From NCBI GenBank assembly GCA_041489255.1, contig JBGPQV010000015.1, forward strand, positions 1 through 61,987: a stretch of 61,987 nt of DNA, read 5' to 3'. This DNA is from Thermoplasmata archaeon (lineage in GTDB: Archaea; Thermoplasmatota; Thermoplasmata; RBG-16-68-12; JAFNFQ01). Under the pieces are notes generated by a model. That model saw only the letters and a program-made list of their open reading frames with translations. It did no database searches and was not told the DNA's origin. Position numbers and translations under genes: made by a program. Every line of letters begins with the position of its first letter. The stretch's first letter is position 1. This document shows positions 19,111 through 29,272 of this stretch, piece after piece.

Positions 19111-20010
19111 GTGCGTTCTTCGCCCTACGCCGCAATCGCGGTGGCGATCGTCGCGGTCTCCTTCGCGTCCATTTTCATCAGGCTCTCCGAGTCGTCACCT
19201 TTGGTGATCGCGGCATACCGCCTGATGTTCGCGACAATCATGGTGGCTCCGTTCGCCCTGGCCCGCCAGAGGCAGGAACTAAGCAAGCTGGGGACGCGCG
19301 ACATACTCCTGATGATCGGGATCGGGGGCGTCCTCGCGACCCACTTCGCGCTCTGGATCACGTCTCTGAAGGTCGAGGGCGTGAGCGTCGCGAGCTCGGT
19401 CGTGCTCGTCACATCGCACCCGATTCTCGTGGCGGTTGTCTCGCACATGGTGCTCAAGGAGAGGGTGAACTCCGTCACCGCGGCGGGGATTGCCATCGGT
19501 CTGGCGGGGGTGACCCTGATCGCCGTCGGTGACTACGGTCTGTCCGCGTCGACACTTGGCGGGGACCTGCTCGCTTTCGGCGGCGGTATCATGGCGGGTG
19601 TCTACCTCCTGGCGGGGAGGCGCTTCCGCCAGCGCATCTCCCTCCTCACCTATGTCTTCGTGGTGTACGCATCCGCTGCGTTTTTCCTCATCGTGGCGGC
19701 ATTCGTCACCGACGACATGAGGCCGAGCGGCGACCTCTGGCGGGAGCTGGCCCTCTTCGCAGCCATGGCCCTCGTCTCCCAGATCGGCGGGCACACCCTC
19801 TACAACTGGGCTCTCAAGTACGTCACCGCTCCTGTTGTCTCTGTCAGCCTCGTCGGCGAGCCGATCGGCGCGTCGATACTCGCCTGGCTCGTGCTCAGCG
19901 AGACGCCTGGTGTTCTCGTCGTGTTCGGCGGGCTCGCGGCAGTGTGTGGGATCTATCTGACCGTGAGGGGCCAATCGAAGATTCTGCGGAAGACCGCCGT
20001 CACCACCTAA
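19111..20010 (+). CDS. EamA/DMT-family transporter
   Basis: About 10 TM segments in a duplicated EamA pattern; GHTLYNWAL and GEPIGA. Confidence 0.9.
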   Translation: MRSSPYAAIAVAIVAVSFASIFIRLSESSPLVIAAYRLMFATIMVAPFALARQRQELSKLGTRDILLMIGIGGVLATHFALWITSLKVEGVSVASSVVLVTSHPILVAVVSHMVLKERVNSVTAAGIAIGLAGVTLIAVGDYGLSASTLGGDLLAFGGGIMAGVYLLAGRRFRQRISLLTYVFVVYASAAFFLIVAAFVTDDMRPSGDLWRELALFAAMALVSQIGGHTLYNWALKYVTAPVVSVSLVGEPIGASILAWLVLSETPGVLVVFGGLAAVCGIYLTVRGQSKILRKTAVTT

Positions 20011-21653
20011 GGCTCCGCCACGCGCCCCTTCCTCTCGAACTGCTTCTCATACGTCTGCCTCAGGCGGTCGAGCGTGTCCGCGTCTCGCGGGCCCTTGTCC
20101 TCCCTTATGCGCTTGACGCGCGCGAACCTCAGGGCGAACCCCGACTCGTACCGCGGGCTCTTCTGTATCTCGTTGTAGTCGACCTCGACGACGAGCTCCG
20201 GCCTGACGTGCACGCCCCAGCGCTCTTCTGAGGTCATCATGCCCTGAAGCTTCTTCGTCATCCACTCGAACTCCTGGTCCGTCAGACCTTTGAACGTCTT
20301 CCCGATCATCGCGAAGCCCTCTCCGTCCCTGACCGCGAGGTGGTAGTTGCTCAACCATCCCCGCCTGCGCCCGTACCCCCATTCAGCCGCCACGATCACC
20401 ACGTCGATCGTCTCAACGGGCTTGATCTTGAGCCATAGCTTGCCGCGCTTCCCCGGCGTGTACCTGCCGTCCAGCCGCTTCGCCATCAGGCCCTCGTGCC
20501 CCTCCTCGAGAGCCCGCCTGAGAAAGGCCTCGATCTCCTCCGTCCTTTCGCTGATCAATCGCTCGACCAGCAGGTCCGAGGGGGCGACGGATGCGAGCGT
20601 GGCCCAGCGCGACTCGTAGGTCTCGCCGATCAAGAGCCCCCCGTCCAGATACAAGATGTCGAATAGGTGCAGTTCCAGCGGAATCTCCGCCATCGCTGCC
20701 TCGATGTCGTGCACCCTCCCGAAACGGCGCATGAGGTCCTGGAACGGCAATGGTCTCCCGCCGCGGTCAACGGCGACCACCTCGCCCTCGACCAGCAACG
20801 AGTCCCCCTTGAAATTGCGCGCGAGAGCCACGATCTCCGGGACGCTCTCGGTCACGTCGGAGAGCCTCCTGCTGAAAACCCTGACCTCCCCTGCACGCTT
20901 GTGAATCTGTATCCTCGCGCCATCGAGCTTGAACTCCACGGCGGTCCTCCCGCCATGCTCCTTGAGCGCGCCTACGAAGTCCCCGCCCGTGTCCTCCGCG
21001 AGCATCGGTTTGATCGGGGTGAAGAGCGTCAGTCCTATCTCCCGCAAGCCCTCCGCCCCTCGCGTCAGCGCGACCTCGGCGACCAGGCCGATGTCCCCGC
21101 ACAGCATGTTCGCCGTCCTGACGCTCTCCTTGTCAGCCCCGGACGCGTCGGCGAGAGCCTCGAGCATCACGCCCTCGTTCACCCCGTGCCTCATCTCCCC
21201 GAAGATGTTCTGGAGGATGACGTCCCTCTCCTCGTCCGAGGCCCGCCCTAGGAGGCTGTCCAGGATGCGCCTCTTCGCCTTCATCGACTCGGCGCCGGAG
21301 GATGCGGCGATGCGCTTGAGCGCTTCCTGCACCTCGAGGATCGTGAGGGGGGACATCTCGAGAGTCGCCTGACGAGTGCCGCCAAGGCTCTTCTTGATCG
21401 TCGCCCACCCGAGATTGAGCGCCTTCCTGTCCGTCTCGGGGAACATCCTCCCGACGATGAGCAATGTTGCGGCCGAGACCTCGTCGCTCTTCAGCCCCCT
21501 GAGGAAGTCGGCGATGATCGCCCTCTTCTCCAACCTCTTCGACGTCGCCCTGAGCGCCGAGCAGACCGCCGCGAGCCGGGAGAACCTGGCCCCCTCTGCC
21601 ACCGCCGGCGAGTCCGCACGCCCTTTCCCCTGCAAACCACCGTCGTTATTCAC
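20007..21653 (-). CDS. lig: ATP-dependent DNA ligase
   Basis: Motif I EFKLDGARIQIH, EGEVV, FDILY, EGLMAK, WLKIK, ALRFAR..RIREDK; the true start may be slightly downstream. Confidence 0.95.
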   Translation of the reverse strand: MNNDGGLQGKGRADSPAVAEGARFSRLAAVCSALRATSKRLEKRAIIADFLRGLKSDEVSAATLLIVGRMFPETDRKALNLGWATIKKSLGGTRQATLEMSPLTILEVQEALKRIAASSGAESMKAKRRILDSLLGRASDEERDVILQNIFGEMRHGVNEGVMLEALADASGADKESVRTANMLCGDIGLVAEVALTRGAEGLREIGLTLFTPIKPMLAEDTGGDFVGALKEHGGRTAVEFKLDGARIQIHKRAGEVRVFSRRLSDVTESVPEIVALARNFKGDSLLVEGEVVAVDRGGRPLPFQDLMRRFGRVHDIEAAMAEIPLELHLFDILYLDGGLLIGETYESRWATLASVAPSDLLVERLISERTEEIEAFLRRALEEGHEGLMAKRLDGRYTPGKRGKLWLKIKPVETIDVVIVAAEWGYGRRRGWLSNYHLAVRDGEGFAMIGKTFKGLTDQEFEWMTKKLQGMMTSEERWGVHVRPELVVEVDYNEIQKSPRYESGFALRFARVKRIREDKGPRDADTLDRLRQTYEKQFERKGRVAEP

Positions 21654-21766
21654 GCGGATGACAACTCACACAACAATCTTTTTAAAACTACCGCTCATTT
21701 GGACGGTCGCACGGCCCGAAAAGGGGTGGAAACCCCTGAACAGGGGCGATGTGCTCGGTGAGGTCG

Positions 21767-22381
21767 GTGACCAAGAAGCAGGCCGGGAAAGCGAGCGCGA
21801 AGAAGCCCGCCAAGAAGGAGACGAGGGCGAGCGATCCGTCTGCAAGGCGACCGAACAGGGAATTCTCCACCGCCAGGGACATGTTCCGCAACGGCAACTT
21901 CGTGGCCGCGGCATCTGTCCTCGAAAGCATCGTGCGCAGGGAGCCTGGCAACTTCGAGGCGCTGATATTCCTCGCCTCTTGCTACTCTTTCCAGGGGAGG
22001 TACGACGAGGCGGTCAGGTGCCACGAGGCGGCGGTGGACGCGGACCCGTCAGACGCGCAGAGGTGGCACAACCTGGCGTCTGACCTCCTCAACCTGGGCG
22101 ACCTGGAGCGGGCTGAGAAGGCGATGAAGGAGGCGATCAAGCTCGACGGGAAGAGCGGCTTCAGCCAGTACGGGCTCGCGCGCATCTTCGCTCGCAGGGG
22201 CGAGCACGACGAGGCGCTCTCGATACTGAAGAAAGCGGTGGAGCTCCAGCCGGGCCTCAAGGAGAACCTCAGCGACCAGCCCGACTTCGCCGCTTTGGCG
22301 GGAGACAATAGGTTTAAAGAACTCCTCGGTTTGAAGAAGGACGAATTCGACTATCCGTTCTTCGAACGCGGGGAGACGTGA
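21767..22381 (+). CDS. TPR-repeat protein
   Basis: Several TPR helices and a C-terminal DPDF-like cap (DQPDFAALAGDNRF); GTG start after GAGGT. Confidence 0.8.
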   Translation: MTKKQAGKASAKKPAKKETRASDPSARRPNREFSTARDMFRNGNFVAAASVLESIVRREPGNFEALIFLASCYSFQGRYDEAVRCHEAAVDADPSDAQRWHNLASDLLNLGDLERAEKAMKEAIKLDGKSGFSQYGLARIFARRGEHDEALSILKKAVELQPGLKENLSDQPDFAALAGDNRFKELLGLKKDEFDYPFFERGET

Positions 22382-22384
22382 ACA

Positions 22385-23359
22385 ATGCCGACGATGAACA
22401 TCGTGCAGGCGGTGAACAGCGCTCTGCGCGAGGAGATGAGGAGGGACGAGCGAGTCGTCGTTCTTGGCGAGGACGTCGGCAGGAACGGCGGTGTCTTCAG
22501 GTGCACGGAAGGCCTGCTGGACGAGTTCGGGCCGAAGAGGGTCATGGACACGCCCCTGGCCGAGTCGGCGATCATCGGTGCGGCGATCGGCATGGCGCTC
22601 AAGGGCATGAGGCCCGTGGCGGAGATTCAATTCCTGGACTTCATCTATCCCGCTTTCGACCAGATCGTGAACGAGGCTGCGAAGATGCGGTACCGATCTG
22701 GCGGGACGTATTCGGTCCCCATGGTCATCCGCGCGCCCTTCGGCGGCGGCATCAAGGGCGGGCTCTATCACTCGCAGAGCAGCGAGACATATTTCTGCCA
22801 CACGCCCGGGCTGAAGGTGGTCGTGCCCAGCACGCCCGCGGACACGAAGGGGTTGCTCGTCTCCTCAATCCGCGACCCGGACCCCGTGATGTTCCTGGAG
22901 CCCAAGAGGATCTACCGCGCGTTCAAGGAGGAGGTCCCTGAGGGCGACTACACAGTCCCCCTGAGCTCCGCGGCGGTCAGGAGAGAGGGGAAGGATGTCA
23001 GCGTGTTCTCCTACGGGTACATGTCCCGCGTCTGCCTCGATGCGGCGGCGAAGGCCGCGGAGAAAGGCTGGGACGCCGAGGTCGTCGACCTCAGGACTCT
23101 CGTACCTCTCGATATAGATGCCGTGCTCAAGTCAGTGAAGAAGACCGGCAGGGTAATCGTGGTCTACGAGGCGCCGAAGTTCCTCGGGTATGGGGCGGAG
23201 ATCGCGGCGATAGTCGCGGAGAAGGCGGTGGAGTACCTGCGCGGGCCGGTGATCAGGGTGGCGGGGCTGGATACGCCGTTCCCCTACACGCTCGAGGGGC
23301 TGTACATGCCCGGAGCGGACCAGGTGCTCGCGGCGATCGAGAAGCTGATGGCCTATTGA
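22385..23359 (+). CDS. pdhB: 2-oxoacid dehydrogenase E1 beta subunit
   Basis: GEDVG..GGVFR.T.GL, DTPLAES, EIQF.DF, HSQS.E, EVVDLRTLVPLD. Confidence 0.93.
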   Translation: MPTMNIVQAVNSALREEMRRDERVVVLGEDVGRNGGVFRCTEGLLDEFGPKRVMDTPLAESAIIGAAIGMALKGMRPVAEIQFLDFIYPAFDQIVNEAAKMRYRSGGTYSVPMVIRAPFGGGIKGGLYHSQSSETYFCHTPGLKVVVPSTPADTKGLLVSSIRDPDPVMFLEPKRIYRAFKEEVPEGDYTVPLSSAAVRREGKDVSVFSYGYMSRVCLDAAAKAAEKGWDAEVVDLRTLVPLDIDAVLKSVKKTGRVIVVYEAPKFLGYGAEIAAIVAEKAVEYLRGPVIRVAGLDTPFPYTLEGLYMPGADQVLAAIEKLMAY

Positions 23360-23385
23360 TTGATTGACTGTGAAAAGAGGAAGGT

Positions 23386-23412
23386 GGAGTGAGGAGGCAC
23401 TCTCCCCACTCC
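23386..23412. terminator. Hairpin between convergent pdhB and the surface-protein gene
   Basis: GGAGTG-A-GGAG...CTCC-C-CACTCC, with a T-rich run after it on the minus strand. Confidence 0.45.
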
Positions 23413-23422
23413 TTTGAACGCT

Positions 23423-25669
23423 CTATGCCGACCCGTACGGTGGCTGCTGAGGCGGGTACTGCTGCGGCGGTGGCGGAGCCTGAGGTGGCGGCGCGGGCGA
23501 CTCGGGCGCTCTCATCTTCGGTTTTCGCATCGACATCACCAGTGACAGTATCGAGACTATCAGCACGACGATCACCAGAATCATGAGCAGGTTCTGAGTG
23601 CTTGCCAGATCGTTCTTCGTCGCCATCTGATCCTTGACGGTGCCCATGTCATCGGAGAGCTGAGTGTTCATTTCGTCGATCGCGGTCTGGACGCTCGTCA
23701 GCGTCGTCTGCATGTTCGTTATGCTTGTCTGGAGGGAGGTTATCTGGGTCTGCATGCTGTTTATGTTGGTCTGCAGCGCGTTGATATTGTTCTGGGTCGT
23801 CGCGTTCATGCCGTCGACGAACGTCTGCAGGAGACTCACTTGACTCTGCAGGCCACTAACCGAGGTCTGCAGATTCGCTACCGCAGTCTGCAGGTTGCTG
23901 ATTTCCGTCTGGACGGTCGAAATCTGGGACATGAGGTTAGTGATGTTGTTCTGTAGCTGGTCGATCCTGGTCTGCAGGTTTGTCTCAACGTTCGTCAGTT
24001 GGGTCTGGAGGTTCGAGATCTCTGTCTCAAGCTGGTCGATTCTGTTCTGCAGCGTCGTGTTCATTCCGTTCATCGAGTCCTGGAGGGCAGCTATCTGGGC
24101 CTGCAGAGCCGCGATCATGTCCACGACCGTCGGGCCGACCGTGAACCTCACATAGGTCGGGCTGGACTCATATCCGGCTATGGTGGTCGTGGTGATGGCG
24201 AAGACGTAATCGCCGTTCGCGAGTCCAGTCAAATCAAAGGATGTCTGGGACGGAGAGACGGTGGCCACGAGAGCGGGACTCTCCGGGTTGCATGTCGCAT
24301 CCCAGATCAAGTAGCTCGCCAGGTCGCTCTCGCTGTTCGAATCCCACGTGAGTTGCACCGAGCCCGGTGCAGGCAGCGGCGTTGCAATGAGGTTCTTGAC
24401 TGGATTGGTCGGTCGGTCAATCCATATCGCGTATGCCTCATATCCGTTGGGAGCGCCTTCGTCGCGGGTGTACGACGCGAAGATCGTGTTGTCTGGAGCG
24501 GCGGCCAGTGTCGGCATAATCCCCGAATCCGGAGATAGCGGAACCTCTCGACCGAAGGTTGACCCCCAGTCGGGTGATCTCGCAATCTTCAGTTCAAATG
24601 GTACCGGTGGTGCGTCGAACCAAGCGACATAGACCTCACCGAGGTCGTTCGCAACGATGGTCGGCTTGGTCAAGGTCAAGTCGACATTGTCGTCCAGCCT
24701 GACCTCCATGGCAATGCTCGCGCCATGGTCGAATGAGCGCGTGTAGTATATGCCGCCATTCGTGTTATCCCGCCAAGCGACATGAAGTGTTTCGTGCACG
24801 TCGACATAGAGTGCAGCGTACATCACCTGGTGGTCCGTCTTGGGAACCTTGATGTTGCCCAGCCAGGTCGCGCCACCGTCTCTCGATATGTCCATTAGCA
24901 TTGTCAGACTGTTTTGGTCAAACCAAGATACGTAGACTGTTCCGAGGCTGTCGCACGCGATTGATGGGATGGCCTGCATCACCGTCAAGTCTGTGTTCAC
25001 ACCGTAGCTCGGGCCCCATGTCGTTCCGTTATCAGTCGATGCGCCGAAGTAGATGTCGAGCGTTCCAACGATGCTGTCTGACCACGTGGCGTAGATGTTG
25101 CCGTTGGGGGCCATCGCGATTTCCACAAACACTTCCATGTTCGCGCCAGCAGTGGTGCTGACCCTGGAGCTCGGGCCGAAGGTCGATCCGCCGTCGGTGC
25201 TTCTGGCGATCCGGATATCGCGGCCATTCGTTGCGGCGTCCCTGGTGTCGCTCCATGCGATGTAGATGTCACCGTTCGAAGCAACCAGCATGGCCACCGT
25301 ATGGTAACCGGCCCAGTCATTGTAAACGAATGCACCGCCATCGTTGACGAGGGTATGCCTCGTGAACACGGGGGCTCCTTCCGGGTAAAGCCCGTTGTCG
25401 TCAACCGCCAAGTACAGGTTGCCGTCAGCGCCGGTGTTTCTGAAGTAGGCAACGTATATCTGGCCTTTCGGTCCGACCGCCACGCGGGCGCCAACCTCGT
25501 TGTCTGTCGTACCCTCGCTTGCCCTCACCGGATATGTCGGGGGGTAGGCCATCGTTCCCGGGCTGAACATGGCAAGCACAAAGGCGACCATGAACAGTCC
25601 GCTCACAATGGCACGGAATCGTGCCGATCTGATTGCACTGGTTTCGGACTCGCGTCTGACTGCATCCAT
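23423..25669 (-). CDS. Secreted/membrane-anchored protein: BNR (Asp-box) beta-propeller + FN3 + long coiled-coil + TM + Pro/Gln tail (paralog 1)
   Basis: Signal peptide; repeated S.D.G.TF/W Asp-boxes; LTWDSNSESDLASY (FN3); heptad stalk; TM; ends PPQQPPYGSA. Confidence 0.85.
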   Translation of the reverse strand: MDAVRRESETSAIRSARFRAIVSGLFMVAFVLAMFSPGTMAYPPTYPVRASEGTTDNEVGARVAVGPKGQIYVAYFRNTGADGNLYLAVDDNGLYPEGAPVFTRHTLVNDGGAFVYNDWAGYHTVAMLVASNGDIYIAWSDTRDAATNGRDIRIARSTDGGSTFGPSSRVSTTAGANMEVFVEIAMAPNGNIYATWSDSIVGTLDIYFGASTDNGTTWGPSYGVNTDLTVMQAIPSIACDSLGTVYVSWFDQNSLTMLMDISRDGGATWLGNIKVPKTDHQVMYAALYVDVHETLHVAWRDNTNGGIYYTRSFDHGASIAMEVRLDDNVDLTLTKPTIVANDLGEVYVAWFDAPPVPFELKIARSPDWGSTFGREVPLSPDSGIMPTLAAAPDNTIFASYTRDEGAPNGYEAYAIWIDRPTNPVKNLIATPLPAPGSVQLTWDSNSESDLASYLIWDATCNPESPALVATVSPSQTSFDLTGLANGDYVFAITTTTIAGYESSPTYVRFTVGPTVVDMIAALQAQIAALQDSMNGMNTTLQNRIDQLETEISNLQTQLTNVETNLQTRIDQLQNNITNLMSQISTVQTEISNLQTAVANLQTSVSGLQSQVSLLQTFVDGMNATTQNNINALQTNINSMQTQITSLQTSITNMQTTLTSVQTAIDEMNTQLSDDMGTVKDQMATKNDLASTQNLLMILVIVVLIVSILSLVMSMRKPKMRAPESPAPPPQAPPPPQQYPPQQPPYGSA

Positions 25670-25818
25670 ATTTGAACACCAACCTCAGGGGCGTGCGGGA
25701 ACCTCCCACCCGCCTTGACGCGCCCACATGCCATCCCGACGATAAGTATTGCTCGGAGTATTCCCGCTCATGAAGGAAACGATGGGTCAACCTGGGACAG
25801 GTACAGATCCGCAGGATT

Positions 25819-25841
25819 GAGGAGGAGGTATCCTCCTCCTC
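25819..25841. terminator. Perfect 10-bp hairpin GAGGAGGAGG-TAT-CCTCCTCCTC downstream of paralog 2
   Basis: Seen directly in sequence. Confidence 0.5.
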
Positions 25842-25849
25842 GTGGACTC

Positions 25850-27763
25850 CTATGCCGACCCGTACGGTGGCTGCTGCGGCGGGTACTGTTGCGGCGGTGG
25901 CGGCTGCTGGTACTGCTGGGGCGGCGGGGGCTGGGCGGCGGGAGACGGCGCGGGCTCCGGCGCCTTCACCTTCGGCCTCCTTGCCGCGAGCGCCATCGTG
26001 ACGATCAGCAGGACGATGACCACTATCATCAGCATCATGTTCAGGTTCTGCGAGCTCGCGAGGTCGTTCTTCGTGTTCGTCAGTTGGTCCTGTAGTGCAG
26101 CGTTCTGATCCCCGAGGTCCTGCAGGTCTCCCTGCAGGCCGGTTATCGCGTCGTGCATGGAAGTGTTGAGCTGGTCAAACCGGTCCTGCAGGTCGTTGAA
26201 CTGGTCGTTGATCTGATCCTGCAAGGTGGGCCCCACGGTGAACGCCGCGAACGCGGGCTCGGAATTCTGCCCGGCGATGTCGACCGCCATCACAGCATAC
26301 GAGTACTCGCCGTTCGCGAGCCCAGTCAGATCGTACGTCGTCTGGGTCGATGGGACGATGGCGACTAGCCCGTAGTACATCTGCCCGTCGATGATCGCTA
26401 TCTCGTAGGCGGCGATGTCCCGCTCCGCATTGGGGAGCCACGAGATCCGGACCGAGCCGGGCGTCGCTAACGGCGTCGCCATGAGGTTCTTCACGGGCCG
26501 CGGCTCCGCGTCATCGAACAGCATGAACGCCTCGTCGTTGTCGGGCGCGCCCATGTTCCGCGTCCAAGCCCATATGACATTGTTGTTGTTGTCGACAGCG
26601 ACCGTCGGGGTGGCCGAAGGGTTCGAAGTGTACTGATACTCGGAGTTCCAGTCGAGGCCCCAGTCATAGGCACGGACGTACCTGGCATAAGGAGTCCCGC
26701 CGACCCTGTCTTCCCAGGTCACCAGGATATTGCCGTCGTCCGTTGAGGCTATCCTCGGGGACGGGTCCCCGTAGTCGCGCCCGTCGTCCAGCCTTACCGG
26801 CATGGACCATGTCAGGCCGCGGTCGAAGGAGTGCCTGTACCAGATGCCTTGGGTGTCGTAGTCCTGCCAGACGGCATGGACCATGTCGTGCGTGTCCACC
26901 GCGATATCCGGCAGGCCCGTCATGGTCCCCATCACGCCCAGTTCCGCGTTGCCGTTCCACGTCGCTCCGTTGTCGCGGGTGAAGTCGTAGTACGCGCTGA
27001 CGGGTCCCGCCCTCCAGTCCGACCAGGCGACGTACACAGACCCTGTGCTGTCGGTGGCGATCTTCGAGAACCATCTGCTGTTGGTTGTAACCTGGTTCAC
27101 CACGATGTTCGAGCTCCAGCTGGCACCGGCGTCAGTGGACCTCGAGACCATGATGTCCCAGTTGCCGCTGCGGTCGTCGGCCCAGGCGACCCAGGCGTCC
27201 CCGTTAGGGGCGACCGCGATGCTCGGGTAGTCCTCGGAGTTGACACCGTTGAAGTCGCTGATCTTCACGCTCGCGCCGAATGTGGCCCCGCTGTCGGTGC
27301 TCCTGGCAACCCTGATGTCCGTGCCCATCGTGGCCGAATCCCTGTCATCAATCCAGGCCCCGTAGACGTCCCCGTTCGGTGCCACCGCGAGCGCGGCGCT
27401 CCAGAACGGCGAGGTCTGCACATTCGCCCCGCCATCATTCATCTGCGTGTGCGTCGTGAAGACCGGCCCGCCCTCGGGGTAGATGCCGTCCGGGTCCACG
27501 GCCAGCACGTAGTTGGTGCCGCCAACGCCCCCGTCCCAGTACGCGACGTAGATCTCGCCGTTGGGTCCTGCGCCCGCCATCGCGCCGTATTCGACGTTGG
27601 GCGTCAGGTTGCTCGCCCTCGTGTCTCCCCAATTGAACGGCGCGATTCCGCCGGGCGTGAACATCACGGCCAGCATCGCGACCGCGAGGAGCGCGCCAAC
27701 GAGGAGGCTCCAATGCCTCTGCCCATTCGGTCTTGATACATGCTCACCTAGAATCTTTGACAC
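25850..27763 (-). CDS. BNR propeller + FN3 + short coiled-coil + TM + Pro/Gln tail surface protein (paralog 2)
   Basis: Colinear with paralog 1; GTG start at 27763 chosen by alignment of upstream context and signal length; identical C-terminus. Confidence 0.85.
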   Translation of the reverse strand: MSKILGEHVSRPNGQRHWSLLVGALLAVAMLAVMFTPGGIAPFNWGDTRASNLTPNVEYGAMAGAGPNGEIYVAYWDGGVGGTNYVLAVDPDGIYPEGGPVFTTHTQMNDGGANVQTSPFWSAALAVAPNGDVYGAWIDDRDSATMGTDIRVARSTDSGATFGASVKISDFNGVNSEDYPSIAVAPNGDAWVAWADDRSGNWDIMVSRSTDAGASWSSNIVVNQVTTNSRWFSKIATDSTGSVYVAWSDWRAGPVSAYYDFTRDNGATWNGNAELGVMGTMTGLPDIAVDTHDMVHAVWQDYDTQGIWYRHSFDRGLTWSMPVRLDDGRDYGDPSPRIASTDDGNILVTWEDRVGGTPYARYVRAYDWGLDWNSEYQYTSNPSATPTVAVDNNNNVIWAWTRNMGAPDNDEAFMLFDDAEPRPVKNLMATPLATPGSVRISWLPNAERDIAAYEIAIIDGQMYYGLVAIVPSTQTTYDLTGLANGEYSYAVMAVDIAGQNSEPAFAAFTVGPTLQDQINDQFNDLQDRFDQLNTSMHDAITGLQGDLQDLGDQNAALQDQLTNTKNDLASSQNLNMMLMIVVIVLLIVTMALAARRPKVKAPEPAPSPAAQPPPPQQYQQPPPPQQYPPQQPPYGSA

Positions 27764-27979
27764 TTGAAACACCATCCCTGCGGGCATTCGTCCTGCCCAT
27801 CCGCCCGCATTGATGCCGAATAGCTTGCACAGATATAAAACCGAGTCATTCCGAGAGAAGATTGCACGCTCCCCGCGACGATGGAGCGCTTGCGACGCTC
27901 GCTCTTGCAAACGGTTATTAGTTCGCGATTGTTTCAAGACACCCGAGCCTGCCAGCGCCCGCCGAGGGGAGTGTTCATC

Positions 27980-29272
27980 GTGAAAGAGTTCAAGCTTCCG
28001 GACATCGGAGAAGGTGTGCACGAAGGAGAGATCGTCAAGTGGATGGTGAAGGAGGGCGACGCCATCAAGGAGAACGACCCGATGGTCGAGGTGATGACGG
28101 ACAAGGTGACCGTCGAGATCCCCTCTCCGTTCACGGGCAAGGTCCTCAAGATCCTCGCGAAGGAGGGCGAGACTGTCAATGTCGGCTCGGTCATCATCTC
28201 CGTCGGCGAGGAAGGCGAGGCAGCGCCGGCGCCGGCACAGATTGAGGCAGCAGCGCCAAAGCCTGAAGCACCGCCGCCACCGCCGCCGGAGCCGACCGCG
28301 CTTGGCATGGTTCTCGCGACCCCCGCCATCAGGAAGATCGCGAGGGATATGGGCGTCGACATCAGCAAGGTCAGAGGCACGGGGCCGATGGGCCGGGTGA
28401 CCGAGGACGACATCAAGCAGTTCTCTGTAAAGCCCGCAGCACCGCCAACCGCCGCGGAGGCTCCACCGCCGATTCTTGCGTCTGCACCGCCAGCTCCCGC
28501 AATTGCACCGCCAATTCCCTCACCAGCACCGCCAGTCCCGTCACCGCCAGAGGAGAAACCCGCCGCCGCAAACGAGGAGCGCATCCCCCTCCGCGGGATC
28601 AGGAAGCGGATAGCGGAGAAGATGCACAAGTCCGTGACCACCGCCGCGCACTTCGGCTACGCGGACGAGGTCGACATGACGAACATCGTGCACCTGCGCG
28701 AGCGGCTCGAAGAGATGGCCGAGAGGAAGAAGGTCAGGCTGACCTACCTCCCGTTCGTCATCAAGGCGGTCACCGCCGCGTTGAAGGAATATCCGATTCT
28801 CAATTCATCGCTTGACGACGAGAGACAGGAGATAGTCATCAAGAAGTACTGCAACGTCGGCGTCGCGACCGCGACGGACCAGGGGCTCGTCGTGCCTGTG
28901 ATCAAGGACGCGGACAAGAAGGACATCTGGCAGCTCGCGAAGGAGATAGAGCAGCTCGCGGGGGACGCGCGCTCGGGGAAGCTCAAGCTGGAGGACGTCA
29001 CGGGCGGGACGATAACAATCACATCTCTCGGGGCTCAGGCGGGCGTGATAGCCTCCCCCGTCATCAACTGGCCCGAGGCGGCGATCATCAGCGTCAACAA
29101 GATAGAGAAGAGGCCTGTCGTGGTGAACGACCAGGTCGTCATCAGGCAGATGATGTACCTGTCGCTGTCGTTCGACCATAGGATCGTCGACGGGCATGTC
29201 GGCGCCGCATTCACTTCGGTGATGATCAAGTACCTGGAGCACCCGGCGCTGCTGTTCGTCGGGATGGAGTGA
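27980..29272 (+). CDS. pdhC: 2-oxoacid dehydrogenase E2 (dihydrolipoamide acyltransferase)
   Basis: FKLPDIGEG, lipoyl motif EVMTDKV, E3-binding ATPAIRK..GTG..GRV, catalytic DHRIVDG. Confidence 0.95.
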   Translation: MKEFKLPDIGEGVHEGEIVKWMVKEGDAIKENDPMVEVMTDKVTVEIPSPFTGKVLKILAKEGETVNVGSVIISVGEEGEAAPAPAQIEAAAPKPEAPPPPPPEPTALGMVLATPAIRKIARDMGVDISKVRGTGPMGRVTEDDIKQFSVKPAAPPTAAEAPPPILASAPPAPAIAPPIPSPAPPVPSPPEEKPAAANEERIPLRGIRKRIAEKMHKSVTTAAHFGYADEVDMTNIVHLRERLEEMAERKKVRLTYLPFVIKAVTAALKEYPILNSSLDDERQEIVIKKYCNVGVATATDQGLVVPVIKDADKKDIWQLAKEIEQLAGDARSGKLKLEDVTGGTITITSLGAQAGVIASPVINWPEAAIISVNKIEKRPVVVNDQVVIRQMMYLSLSFDHRIVDGHVGAAFTSVMIKYLEHPALLFVGME

